Shown here piece after piece: positions 1 through 9,461 of a stretch of DNA of 64,000 nucleotides; positions within the stretch are counted from its first letter, which is position 1; each line of letters starts with the position of its first letter. Under the pieces are notes generated by a model. It was not told the DNA's origin and searched no databases. It saw only the letters and a program-made list of their open reading frames with translations. A program made the translations under genes and the position numbers. Source of the DNA: Candidatus Bathyarchaeota archaeon (lineage in GTDB: Archaea > Thermoproteota > Bathyarchaeia > Bathyarchaeales > Bathycorpusculaceae). Where the stretch lies: contig CAVYHV010000014.1 in the NCBI GenBank assembly GCA_963768425.1, positions 1 to 64,000 on the forward strand. Direction: 5' to 3'.

Positions 1-120
1 CTAAGCTATTTTCGTTACTCTGTGCTCTACAAGAACCTGAGAACCGTTTTTGTAAGTCACAATCCAAGAGCTAAATCGGGTTTTAAATTTCTCGTTTGCC
101 GCCCTTTTTTGTTCTGCCAT

Positions 121-690
121 TTACTTCACCTGCCTATAAATTTGAAATGCTGAAGTAAACGGCATCAATGTTGATATGACGCGGGTTACTTCAGTTGCGT
201 TACTGTGAATCGGCTCTCCGGTTACCACATAGTTTGGGTCTTGCAAGTGTACGATGCGGGTAACTTCAGCCTGCAAGGTCTCCAAAGTAGATTCTGCAGT
301 CGCTAAATCAGCCGAGTTTTGGCTAACGTTAACGACAATTATGTCGACAACGAGTTTTTCAGTAACCAGATAACATTCGCGACTAAGCGCATCGACCTGT
401 TTGCTTGGGCTCGCGTAGTAGATGGCTATTTGTAAGGGTCCTTTTCCCTGAGTAATCCCAATTGCATCCATGCGAGTTGTAGGCCACAAAATATTTGCGG
501 CGGCCATAGGATTTGAAAGCCCCCAATTCTCCTGCAGCAGCTCCGAAATTGCTGAGGCTTGATTAGTTGAAATATAAGCATTCCTCCGCTTTCTGCCAAA
601 ACAATAAAGAAGCCAACCTATCAGGAAAAGCGCTATAGCAACGGGAAGAAGCAGAAGCCGAAGTTTTCGTTTTGCCATTCCTAACCCCAC
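121..690 (-). CDS. Putative virion neck/tail-completion protein, possibly fused by an indel to a small N-terminal TM peptide
   Basis: Position after adaptor. N-terminal 35 aa hydrophobic/basic segment looks like a separate small membrane ORF. Confidence 0.4.
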   Translation of the reverse strand: MGLGMAKRKLRLLLLPVAIALFLIGWLLYCFGRKRRNAYISTNQASAISELLQENWGLSNPMAAANILWPTTRMDAIGITQGKGPLQIAIYYASPSKQVDALSRECYLVTEKLVVDIIVVNVSQNSADLATAESTLETLQAEVTRIVHLQDPNYVVTGEPIHSNATEVTRVISTLMPFTSAFQIYRQVK

Positions 691-1142
691 TGCCCTCTGT
701 AATGGGGAACTTCATTTCCCAGGCGTACTTGAGCGCTTACTGCTCCAGTTGAAAGATTCGCTATATTTCGGTTAAAGCTGTCTTGGAAGCTTTGCACTGC
801 GTTTTGAAATGAGAATTTTCCAACGGTGCCTTTAGTTACGAATAAGTCGCCAAGCTTGTAATCTGCCGCGCCCAAAAGCATCCCGCCGCTCGCAGCAACT
901 AAAACGCTCATGCATGCAAGGTCAAGTGCGGCAAGCTGCGCAAAGGGGTAACGCGGATCCATCGGTGTTACACTGGGCGCGAAGCTGCCTATGTAAGTGT
1001 TCGCGTGGTCAGCGTATGCTTGAACGCTATTACCTGAAACAGAAAGTCCGTAAACAAGATAATTGCCGTTGCCATCAGGTCCGGTAGCATTTAGAAAGCC
1101 AATAACCTCCTCTAGCGAGGTAAAGGCTAGATAGGTTGACAT
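681..1142 (-). CDS. Putative head-tail adaptor/connector protein
   Basis: 153 aa directly after MCP; helical with DYKLGDLFVTKG-type motif typical of adaptors. Confidence 0.55.
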   Translation of the reverse strand: MSTYLAFTSLEEVIGFLNATGPDGNGNYLVYGLSVSGNSVQAYADHANTYIGSFAPSVTPMDPRYPFAQLAALDLACMSVLVAASGGMLLGAADYKLGDLFVTKGTVGKFSFQNAVQSFQDSFNRNIANLSTGAVSAQVRLGNEVPHYRGQWG

Positions 1143-1219
1143 GAAAAGTCTCCGTAAAATTGGTTAATTTGAAGCCGGCTTTACGGTTCCAGACTCAAAA
1201 GACTGGAGCAAATGATTAC

Positions 1220-2119
1220 TTAACTGGTAGAGTAGCCCGTTGTTTTGCATATGCAAAAGCCGTTTGCGACGTAAGGTGTTTTGCGGTAGCTTGTGAAGGG
1301 GATAATTTTGCGTAGTCTTTTCTGGATGTCGATGTCGGTTGTGATTTCTTGTTTGGTTACCATGAATCCCATGGGTGCGTAGTTGTTGTTTGGGTTTTGG
1401 CCATCGCTGATACCGTAAACTGTGCCTGCTGGAACAAGGTTGCTGACTAGCAGTGTCCATATGCCGAGTTTTTGTTCAACTTCATTGGTTAAGGGGTTGG
1501 TGACTTCGCGGAATAAGTTGGGGTAAGGCAAGTTACGCAAAGATTCTTCCTGGATCGGGTTGACTGCGATGTATTTCATTATGAAGTTGTGTTGTTTTAT
1601 GAGTCGGTTCATTTTGTTGAGGTCTTCAAGGCCTACGCCGCCGCTGACTGTAATTGTTGAGCCTGTAACGCTGATTGTGTTTCCTGAGCCTCCGAAAGAG
1701 TTGCCGTTCGCTGCTCCCGCTCCATCTATGGCGGTCCAGCTGTCTAGCTCTATTTGGTACATCGTGCGGAAGGCCAGACGCATCATTTGAGTGTCGACTA
1801 CGCCGAGTTCGAAGTCGGTGATCATTTCTATGGGGATTTCGACTTCTTCGCCGTAAGTGTCAGGTGTGATGCTAACGCTGGTTAATGGTGTAAAGTCTAG
1901 TATTGCTGGTGCTGCGATGCCTTTTCTTTGAATGCCGATTGCGACGTTGCCTGCTTCTTTGACGTAAGTTCGGGTGCGTCCTTTTATGATTGGGTCAGGG
2001 ACAAAGAGCTTGGCGAAAATCATGGCGTTGGTTGCCATCTGCAGGATTTTTTGGTGTAGCTCTGGATATTGAATGGCTGGGCTATCATCCATTGTTACTT
2101 GATCTGGTGCAAAACTCAT
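1220..2119 (-). CDS. Major capsid protein (HK97 fold)
   Basis: 299 aa after protease/scaffold and decoration gene; YGEEVEIPIEMITD, IAVNP and LGIWTLLVSNLVPAGT motifs. Confidence 0.85.
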   Translation of the reverse strand: MSFAPDQVTMDDSPAIQYPELHQKILQMATNAMIFAKLFVPDPIIKGRTRTYVKEAGNVAIGIQRKGIAAPAILDFTPLTSVSITPDTYGEEVEIPIEMITDFELGVVDTQMMRLAFRTMYQIELDSWTAIDGAGAANGNSFGGSGNTISVTGSTITVSGGVGLEDLNKMNRLIKQHNFIMKYIAVNPIQEESLRNLPYPNLFREVTNPLTNEVEQKLGIWTLLVSNLVPAGTVYGISDGQNPNNNYAPMGFMVTKQEITTDIDIQKRLRKIIPFTSYRKTPYVANGFCICKTTGYSTS

Positions 2120-2188
2120 TTTTCGTTTCTCCTTTATTTTTTATTTAGAATTTCTCGACTTGACGAGTCCAAACTTGAAAGATTGGAG

Positions 2189-2557
2189 TTAGGGGATTAC
2201 TATTGCTTGGCCGCCGTTAGAAGCGCCAGTATCACAGAGGCAGTGTTTTGTGGTTGGGGTGTTATTGGTTACTCCGACTCCGTTTGCTCCGGAAACTACT
2301 AGGTCGCCTGGGTTGATTGTGCCGCTGGTTGTGATTCTGGCTTTTACTTTGCCCGTCATTACTGTGCAGATTTTGCCTGCCGCTGCGCCGACTTTAACGA
2401 TGCCTACCCATTCTTGTGCTCCGGTGGTTGGGGAAACCGTCCCAGGTCCACTGATGTAAACAAATTGTCCTGCTGTGACGCCGCCTGTGCCCGCGATAAA
2501 TGAGAGGTCTGTTGAGGATGGTTGCTGTACAAGAGGACCTGAATTTTCATAGGACAT
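2189..2557 (-). CDS. Capsid decoration/cement protein (DUF2190-like)
   Basis: 122 aa Gly/Thr-rich beta protein (VTAGQFVYISG, INPGDLVVSGANG) just before MCP. Confidence 0.7.
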   Translation of the reverse strand: MSYENSGPLVQQPSSTDLSFIAGTGGVTAGQFVYISGPGTVSPTTGAQEWVGIVKVGAAAGKICTVMTGKVKARITTSGTINPGDLVVSGANGVGVTNNTPTTKHCLCDTGASNGGQAIVIP

Positions 2558-2558
2558 T

Positions 2559-3635
2559 TTACTGCATTCCTCCTTGTGTTACTTGGGCGTCAAAAGTGCG
2601 TTTCTTCTGGGCGGCTGCTGCAAGCTCTTTGAAGTAAGGCGGCACTGCCACCATTCCTGGCTGACCCTTCTGTGGTTCCAGATGCTCGTTTAGGACTCCT
2701 GCGACTCCTTTTCCAGGAGTGCGTTGCTTTAGTGCTTGTTTTATGGATTCGTCGACTTTAGCTGCGATAGCAGCGGTTTCCAATTTGACTGCTTCTCTTG
2801 CGGCTTCGACAGCTTTGGTCACGGCTTCGGCTGATGCTTTGTTGCATACTTCGGTTAAGTTGTTTGCGTGCTTTTCGATAATTGCCTTTACGGCTTCTGC
2901 ATCTAAGGGTTGATTTGTTGACAATTTTCTCTCCTCCGAATTTTCATTTTTTTGGTTAGCTCCCTTTTGGGAGTGTACCTGTGAATTACAACTTAAACAA
3001 CTAAGAGTCAAAGCGCTTGCACATAGCCCACATGGAATTTTTTCCTGTACTGTTAGCGCTTTTCGGATGGCTTGCTGTTGGTCTGCTTTCATGGCAGCCG
3101 CAAAGCCAACAGGCTTAAACTTGGCATGTTCATAAGCGCCTATGGAAACAATGCTCAACTCGACAAGGCGCGGTCTGCGCATTATTTCCCAAGCGCCACG
3201 GCAAATGTGCACCAAATTCATCAGATCGTCTCTGGAGCGAGATCCACATAAGCTGCAGTAAGCTTCCCCAAGAATGCGTGGGCTAACGCTGTTAACGTAT
3301 TCACGCTCGATTTTTGCGAGCAGTTCTTCATCGCCGCTAACTTCCCCCTCGAAGGGAACAACGATTCTGCCATCAGCTGATGTCTGGGGCGAGTGTAAAA
3401 TATTGATGACGCCTTTGATGTCTTCCACGCGGTCGCCATGGTCAACACGAATCTGAGCATTTTGACTAACGGCGACGAAATAGGGCAGTTCTTCAGCGGG
3501 AACCTGCCAACCATTCTCGTTAACCGTGTCATCAATGGCTGTTCCCTGAATGAGCAGGACTTTGCCGTCGATGCTTCGCTTGAAAGTAACGGGCACATTG
3601 TAGTCTAGATGAATGTTGGGTTTAGAAACGCTCAT
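2559..3635 (-). CDS. Prohead maturation protease with C-terminal scaffold
   Basis: IQGTAIDDTVNENG, RVDH, NSVSP and VELSIVSIGAY motifs; CxxC clusters; Ala/Glu/Lys-rich coiled tail. Confidence 0.8.
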   Translation of the reverse strand: MSVSKPNIHLDYNVPVTFKRSIDGKVLLIQGTAIDDTVNENGWQVPAEELPYFVAVSQNAQIRVDHGDRVEDIKGVINILHSPQTSADGRIVVPFEGEVSGDEELLAKIEREYVNSVSPRILGEAYCSLCGSRSRDDLMNLVHICRGAWEIMRRPRLVELSIVSIGAYEHAKFKPVGFAAAMKADQQQAIRKALTVQEKIPCGLCASALTLSCLSCNSQVHSQKGANQKNENSEERKLSTNQPLDAEAVKAIIEKHANNLTEVCNKASAEAVTKAVEAAREAVKLETAAIAAKVDESIKQALKQRTPGKGVAGVLNEHLEPQKGQPGMVAVPPYFKELAAAAQKKRTFDAQVTQGGMQ

Positions 3636-3651
3636 TTTGGGCTCTCTTTAG

Positions 3652-3972
3652 TTACCAGTAAACATCATTATCACGAGCAACGAGGCAAACACAATTCGGA
3701 TGCAAATTCACCGCAAAAGTGTCCTCGTCAAGCCATTCTCCGTAAGGAAACATATCCGTAAGTTCATCCGGATCCTGCAGCTCATACACGTCATTGTTGT
3801 GGTCTTGGCAGTTTTGGCATAGATTGGGACTTGGCTTTAGGCCTTCAGTTACGTAGCGCCAAACAGTATATCTGATGGCTGGGTTAACGATGGCAGCCTT
3901 GAAAGCCTTGAACGCAAGAAACGCGTTGAGGGCGTCTTGCTGGTTATTGTCTTGGAATTTCGGAGATAACAT
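3652..3972 (-). CDS. Minor head protein (Mu gpF/SPP1 gp7-like C-terminal domain)
   Basis: CQNC...HPNCVC motif, located after portal. Confidence 0.65.
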   Translation of the reverse strand: MLSPKFQDNNQQDALNAFLAFKAFKAAIVNPAIRYTVWRYVTEGLKPSPNLCQNCQDHNNDVYELQDPDELTDMFPYGEWLDEDTFAVNLHPNCVCLVARDNDVYW

Positions 3973-5428
3973 AGCTTTTCCCGTTCATGCTTAGCTTTCT
4001 TTGAAAAGCACTAAGTTGAGGAGAAAGCTGTGAAGCAACACTCTTGCTAACGGCGTCGGCAGGCATTCCCTGGTTATAGCCTTGACCCATCGTTGCCAAG
4101 TTACCCCAAACTTCCTCAGGCAACCCAAGTTTAGCTCTCGCCTCTAAATCGCCTAAGAGACCAGCTTGGAAAAGAGCGATTTGCTGGTCAACCATCACGT
4201 CAGCGGAGGGCTCCCAAATTGGGCGCCACTTAATTTTAGGAATTTTGTCTGCAGTAATTAATGAGCCTGGGAAGTCGCCTCGCAGTATTGCGGGGAATAG
4301 TTCGGTTTCATAGGTGTATTTTATGTGTTCTTGGCGCATTCTTAGACGGGTGACAAATTCTTGCATCACAATATCGGCCGTGGCTCGGTTTGTTCCGCTC
4401 GCGTCTCCGAGAAAAATCTTCGGAACACCCAATTGCGCTTCACGCTGGCTAAGCAGGTAGTTAAGCCACCATTCGACTCGTAAGCCGCGAGTCATGCTGT
4501 CAATAGGTATAGGCGTCACATCGTGTTTGAATGCGAGATCGGTGCCCTGTTGCCGCTCAGCCATGCCATCAATAAAAGCTTGCAATTTGGCATCAGACCA
4601 CTCCGCTTTTTCTGTACCGCATTGATAGGCAAGTATAGGTTTAGTGTAAATCTTCATGATAGTTGCCATATCATGCTGGAAATCATCTGTTAGCGCTTGA
4701 ATCAGCTGGGTGCTTCTTAGCAAGCTCACGCCATAAGCGCTATTGTACCTACCTGAGCCTTGATTGTGCAATGTGCGCAGTATGTCTTGGGGCTCAAAAA
4801 TTGCAGGAGGCACAGATAGCAGCTGGATATAGCCGAAAACGTTCATGTAAGCATCTCGACGAATCCTAACATAAAGAGGATCCAGAGGCTTTAGCCATTC
4901 AACCCGCTGATTATCTTCATCTCGGCAAAGCTCAGTGACGCTAAAACCGTTCACCAAAGCATTGTTTTCTTGAATACGAGCCACCGATGGAACGTTATGG
5001 GAATCCAGCCACTCGCTCAGATAATCGTTGAATGTGGAGTTGCCGCCTTCTAGCTCAAGCCAATTACTAACCGTCAAGTTAACGCGAACATCTACTGATG
5101 CAGCGATGTATGGGTTGTACTCGTAGAGGGCTTGCAGTTTCGGCAGATCGTCAACTGGCGTGATTCCCCAAATTCGATCATATAGGCTGCTGTAGGGCGG
5201 AGTGACAAAGCCTATCCCAGCACTTTTCAGAGTGTACCTGCTGAGGTATTCTTGCAGAACCGCATCCCGAGTGGACCTGAAAGGGATCTCCTGCTCAATT
5301 TGCTGCTTAGCAGTATCCTCTGCCACATTCCTCATCGGATTTGGCAAAGAATCACTTTGTGGGGCAGGAAGTATTTTGCTTGCAACCTGACCAAATGCGG
5401 CTCTGAAGTTTACCATTACTGAGTACAT
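3944..5428 (-). CDS. Portal protein
   Basis: 494 aa after TerL; LKPLDP, YGVSLL and LGVPKIFLG..TNRATA motifs. Confidence 0.85.
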   Translation of the reverse strand: MYSVMVNFRAAFGQVASKILPAPQSDSLPNPMRNVAEDTAKQQIEQEIPFRSTRDAVLQEYLSRYTLKSAGIGFVTPPYSSLYDRIWGITPVDDLPKLQALYEYNPYIAASVDVRVNLTVSNWLELEGGNSTFNDYLSEWLDSHNVPSVARIQENNALVNGFSVTELCRDEDNQRVEWLKPLDPLYVRIRRDAYMNVFGYIQLLSVPPAIFEPQDILRTLHNQGSGRYNSAYGVSLLRSTQLIQALTDDFQHDMATIMKIYTKPILAYQCGTEKAEWSDAKLQAFIDGMAERQQGTDLAFKHDVTPIPIDSMTRGLRVEWWLNYLLSQREAQLGVPKIFLGDASGTNRATADIVMQEFVTRLRMRQEHIKYTYETELFPAILRGDFPGSLITADKIPKIKWRPIWEPSADVMVDQQIALFQAGLLGDLEARAKLGLPEEVWGNLATMGQGYNQGMPADAVSKSVASQLSPQLSAFQRKLSMNGKSYVISEIPRQ

Positions 5429-5431
5429 CCA

Positions 5432-6691
5432 TTAATGTCGGTTCGGGAAAGCAATTCCAACGCCTGAGGATGGCGAAGGTGAACGTTTTAGTTGCCAAGC
5501 GGCTAATGCAAGAGCGATAACTGCGTCGTCATGGTAGCCTTCGGGTGCTCCATACTGCACGTTGCCGCTTCGGGTAGTCTTGTACCCGTACAGCTTGAGC
5601 TCGTTAATCAACACTGGAATCGGCGGGATTGTGAGCTGGCGGTTTTCAATCATTATGCTGAGGTTTTCGATTAAGTCTTTTTTTGTGGCATTGGTGAATT
5701 TGTAGCCGTCCACATGTATTTTCTCTCTGCAAAGTTCGTCTTCAATTGGGTCGCCGACTCCGGTGCTATCGATCAGCAAACGGGCATCATAGTTCTGGGA
5801 TAGTTGGACGATGCGTTTTCTCTGAAATACCCAATCCAACTCGTTGAATCTGTCAAAAGCGCACAAGTGACCATCTATGTCTAGAATTATTAGGACAGTG
5901 AAGTCCTCTAGCTTTGCAAGATCGGCGCCCATAACGTACTTTTTATTTGGCTGATGAAGTTCAAAGCCGCCTTCAACAATGCGGTCAACGCCTCGGAAGA
6001 CACTGCCGACGTCTTCTAAGAACTGTGCCAGAACCTCTTGTCGATAAGCCAATTCAGGCATATCCCGAGCAAAGGAGGCAATTTCTGTTGGGTCCAAGTA
6101 TGGGTTGGTTGCACTTGGGAAGCTCCAGCTTTTGTAATCTGTCTGTTTTGGGTCTTGTCCGCGAGTCCATAGCTGGAAATACCAGTTGTGCCCTCTGGGC
6201 GTGCCAGTAAAGAATGCGATGCCTTTCTCATCCATCAACGCAGGCCTAAGAGCCAAAGTCCACGCTTCTTCAGCAATTTGTGCGCCCTCATCAACCCAAA
6301 GAACCTTCAAACCTTGGCTACGAAGCGAATCGGGATTGTCTGCACTCTTAAACCAAACATGCCGATTCCCCGAGAGAATGACGTGACGGTCTGCACGATG
6401 AATTTCCTCAATAAGCTCACCAGGACAATAATTAAAGAATTCACTCCATTGCCGCTGAGTATGCCAATAAGTGGGAGCAACAGCAAAACCGACAATTCCT
6501 ACTTTTTCTTTGCCTTCGCCTTGCTGCCACATCTGCCTTATGAATTCGTTGGCGCCCGCGACGGTTTTGCCCCAGCGACGTCCACAGTTGAGCACTCGGA
6601 ACCTAGCGGTACAGTAGTGGAATTGGCATTGTCCTGGATGAGGTTTGTATCGGATGAGTATTGTTTTTTGCATACTTCGGGATCTTCCCAT
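5432..6691 (-). CDS. terL: Terminase large subunit
   Basis: GRRWGKT Walker A, WVDEG Walker B, TGTPRG, GADLA..DFT and HDDAVIALALA nuclease motifs. Confidence 0.95.
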   Translation of the reverse strand: MGRSRSMQKTILIRYKPHPGQCQFHYCTARFRVLNCGRRWGKTVAGANEFIRQMWQQGEGKEKVGIVGFAVAPTYWHTQRQWSEFFNYCPGELIEEIHRADRHVILSGNRHVWFKSADNPDSLRSQGLKVLWVDEGAQIAEEAWTLALRPALMDEKGIAFFTGTPRGHNWYFQLWTRGQDPKQTDYKSWSFPSATNPYLDPTEIASFARDMPELAYRQEVLAQFLEDVGSVFRGVDRIVEGGFELHQPNKKYVMGADLAKLEDFTVLIILDIDGHLCAFDRFNELDWVFQRKRIVQLSQNYDARLLIDSTGVGDPIEDELCREKIHVDGYKFTNATKKDLIENLSIMIENRQLTIPPIPVLINELKLYGYKTTRSGNVQYGAPEGYHDDAVIALALAAWQLKRSPSPSSGVGIAFPNRH

Positions 6692-7056
6692 TTGATGCGG
6701 GTTTCTTCAGTTTGATTTTGTTCAGCAGGTTTGGCGCCGCTGAGTTGGGCTGATTCGACGTTTATTTGGCGCATAAGATTCAAAGCAGCAATTCTTGCGC
6801 GGTCGCTTTTGGCTTGGGTGTACATGAAGCTGGCTTTGCGGTAGAGCTGTTCATGACGATTCTGCACCTTAAGCAGCTGCTTGGCGAGTTCCTGCAAAAT
6901 AGGCTGCCACTCTGGCTTAGTGGCAAAATCATTGTAAGCTGTACTCCTAGAACAACCAAACTTCGCCATAAGATCTTGGACAATTTCATGGGTGTTCAAC
7001 CCATTTCCTTCGCCCTTTAGCAATTCTAAGCGTCTTTCAAGCGTATGTAGCTGCAT
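6538..7056 (-). CDS. Putative terminase small subunit
   Basis: N-terminal HTH (FGCSRSTAYND), helical core, IKW motif; directly upstream of and overlapping terL. Confidence 0.65.
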   Translation of the reverse strand: MQLHTLERRLELLKGEGNGLNTHEIVQDLMAKFGCSRSTAYNDFATKPEWQPILQELAKQLLKVQNRHEQLYRKASFMYTQAKSDRARIAALNLMRQINVESAQLSGAKPAEQNQTEETRIKWEDPEVCKKQYSSDTNLIQDNANSTTVPLGSECSTVDVAGAKPSRAPTNS

Positions 7057-7063
7057 AAAATAT

Positions 7064-7591
7064 TCACTTTTCCAAAGTTTCTGGAATTTTGCGCCTATAT
7101 TTTAGAGAGACGGTTAAGCGACATCTGCTATTCGAATGCACCAGTTCCCGATTTATTCGAGTATCCCCTTTTCCGTGGCTTCCGTGACCAACACGCTTGA
7201 TTATCCAGTTACCCAAGTTTCCCCTTACTAACTGAGGATTGCTTGTAACCAAATAAAATGGCAAATTACTCTGAGACGTGTAAAGCTCAGCCATGAAATT
7301 CAGCAGGCGTTTTCCAATCCCGATGCCCTGATAATCAGGCAAGACCACAAGACGGCTTACACGATAATAATTTGCCAACATATGCACATGTGCAACTGCA
7401 ATAAAGGCGACAGGTTTTTGCTGATAAAGAGCAACGTAGCATTTGACGCCGGCGCCAAGCTTCCCGTTTAGATAGTGATATTGCCTAAAGACCTGCCACA
7501 TGGAATTGCTGCATTTATGAACTGAGATGTCAATTGTTGGGTGGCTAACTTTTTTTTTATAAACTCCATAGCGTCGGTGCAAAACACCCAA
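7064..7591 (-). CDS. Mom-like GNAT acetyltransferase
   Basis: FRQYHYL and SRLVVLPDYQGIGIGK acyl-CoA motif. Real coding likely begins near the A9 run at 7550-7558. Confidence 0.8.
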   Translation of the reverse strand: MGVLHRRYGVYKKKVSHPTIDISVHKCSNSMWQVFRQYHYLNGKLGAGVKCYVALYQQKPVAFIAVAHVHMLANYYRVSRLVVLPDYQGIGIGKRLLNFMAELYTSQSNLPFYLVTSNPQLVRGNLGNWIIKRVGHGSHGKGDTRINRELVHSNSRCRLTVSLKYRRKIPETLEK

Positions 7592-8151
7592 TCAGGCTCC
7601 AACCAATCAATAACGTCATAATGACATGTGACTGCTATGAACTTCTTGCCTGATCTTCGAACTGCTTTGCTAATAGCGTAAGCACTGACTTTTGCTATCT
7701 CCCTATCTACAACGCTTGTAAACTCATCAAAAACAATTAGATCCTGATCTAAACTGAGCGCCCTTGCAATATCTACCCGCATCTTTTCTCCCTGACTCAG
7801 CGCCTCATAGTTTTTGAGCCAATCGGGAGGCGAGGCAAAGCCGACACTGCAAAGGTTTTTGGTGATCTCATTTACTTGAAGACTTGTTGGGAAATCATCT
7901 AAAATCGACTCATGTGAATAGTCAAAGCCTTTGATGTAGCTTTGAGGAAAAAGCGTTTTAGCAATGCTGGTTTTGCCTGTCCCACTGCGACCGACAATGA
8001 TGCCGATTTGCCAGAGCTCGCTCTCGATAGGAAGCTCCCCAGTAAAATGCTTCTCCATCTTGCAATCTGTTAATGTGAAGCTCCCGATAACAGACTGAGC
8101 ACGGAAGCTATCAGGTTTGGACCAGGTTTTTACAAACTCAAAACGCGGCAT
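7468..8151 (-). CDS. Phage-type ABC ATPase (partner of GNAT)
   Basis: GRSGTGKT, LSQGE signature, VFDEFTSVVDR, AVTCH; no membrane partner. Confidence 0.85.
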   Translation of the reverse strand: MPRFEFVKTWSKPDSFRAQSVIGSFTLTDCKMEKHFTGELPIESELWQIGIIVGRSGTGKTSIAKTLFPQSYIKGFDYSHESILDDFPTSLQVNEITKNLCSVGFASPPDWLKNYEALSQGEKMRVDIARALSLDQDLIVFDEFTSVVDREIAKVSAYAISKAVRRSGKKFIAVTCHYDVIDWLEPDWVFCTDAMEFIKKKLATQQLTSQFINAAIPCGRSLGNITI

Positions 8152-8669
8152 TTGTAACCTTCACCAATTAGTTTGTTATAGACTGCCTCTTGATGGACCT
8201 CATCTTCGCATTCAATTACCACTTCAAAGGACTCGTCGAAGTTAACGCCTTTTTCTTCTTGACCCAAAGCATTAGTTAACTTGTCGTCCGAGAGCATTAG
8301 CAGATATTTGAGATCATCTTCTTTTCCAGCTTCAATAATGCGTTCGTACTCTGCAAGGTCAAGCTCTTTTTGGTGCTCGCCTTTGAGCTTGTTTAGAACT
8401 TGCCTTAGTAGTCGACGATCCACATCTTCAACTGGTAAACGTATAATGGAAACTTCAGTCATGCCCAGGGCTTTTGCAGCTGTATAGCGCTGTTCACCGT
8501 CAGCAATTAAGAGATCCTTGTTAGTTATGATGGGAACGATAAAACCCCACTTCTTAATAGAAGCTTTAAGCCGCTCCAGCTGATCTTTGCTCATCTTGTT
8601 TGGGTTTTGCCCATCAGTTTTAATCGCGCTTACCGCTACGGTTTCAGCGGCTGGAATAATAATCGACAT
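8130..8669 (-). CDS. ParB/Srx-like N-terminal domain protein
   Basis: NPNKM..LKASIKKWGFIVPII...IADGEQRYTAAKALG. Confidence 0.85.
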   Translation of the reverse strand: MSIIIPAAETVAVSAIKTDGQNPNKMSKDQLERLKASIKKWGFIVPIITNKDLLIADGEQRYTAAKALGMTEVSIIRLPVEDVDRRLLRQVLNKLKGEHQKELDLAEYERIIEAGKEDDLKYLLMLSDDKLTNALGQEEKGVNFDESFEVVIECEDEVHQEAVYNKLIGEGYKCRVLSL

Positions 8670-8950
8670 TACTTGATCACAAACCTCTCAAACAAGATTA
8701 AGACAAGGCTAACCAATCCAACAAGGCTGGTACTGCCTAAAGCGATCAAGATTTTCTGAGTAACTTCAAGCTGATGCACCTTGGCTACCAACCCAGATTG
8801 AAAGTCCTCTCCCACTAGCGCATTTTCTATTCGGTTAACTTGCGCCGTATTGGTGTGGATGGCAGTTATGTAGGGACAAGTCGGGTTCTTGTTAGCATCT
8901 GGACAAACTTTGCCCATTTGTGTTTCATCTTCGTTTGTCTCCAACAGCAT
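8669..8950 (-). CDS. Small viral protein with C-terminal TM helix (holin/XhlA-like architecture)
   Basis: Coiled segment followed by hydrophobic C-terminus. Confidence 0.45.
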   Translation of the reverse strand: MLLETNEDETQMGKVCPDANKNPTCPYITAIHTNTAQVNRIENALVGEDFQSGLVAKVHQLEVTQKILIALGSTSLVGLVSLVLILFERFVIK

Positions 8951-8967
8951 TGCCTCGACAGCACTGA

Positions 8968-9231
8968 TTACATTTCTATTGACTGGAAGGCTCCTTCGCC
9001 TTGAGTATTGGTAAGAACCAGCCCACGCTCTACATTAGGCACAGCCTCGGGAACGGGCTCTCCAAACTTTAACGCTAAGTGACAAGCCACATCATCAACC
9101 GAGACCAAACAAACAGACTCTCCCTTAAGCCTATCAAAGAAAGCTCGTTCTCGAATAAACTGACGAGAATCTTTCAATTGAATCCGAATTTCTTGAGATT
9201 TAGGGTTTCTTCTGCCTCGTTTATGTGTCAT
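8968..9231 (-). CDS. Hypothetical first gene of viral late operon
   Basis: ORF starting MTHKRGRR just after conserved leader motif. Confidence 0.5.
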   Translation of the reverse strand: MTHKRGRRNPKSQEIRIQLKDSRQFIRERAFFDRLKGESVCLVSVDDVACHLALKFGEPVPEAVPNVERGLVLTNTQGEGAFQSIEM

Positions 9232-9461
9232 GCTATAAAACCGCACTCCCAACTTTTGGGTGAAGGGGGCGAAAACCGAAACAAACTTGAGCTTAGCGCT
9301 CGCCCAATATTTTTGCGCAGTAGATATAGCATCTAACTTAAAAAACTACCGATTGCTGCTAAAGCGACTTTAAAGCTGTTAGGCACTGAAAGAATGGATG
9401 TTCTGTTAACGCAATTAGACTTTCTAATGATGGACTTAACATATTTTGATTTTGTTCATGC

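Noticed and set aside
6538-6691. Long terS/terL overlap as programmed fusion
   Set aside because: terL has its own ATG and such overlaps are common; no supporting signal
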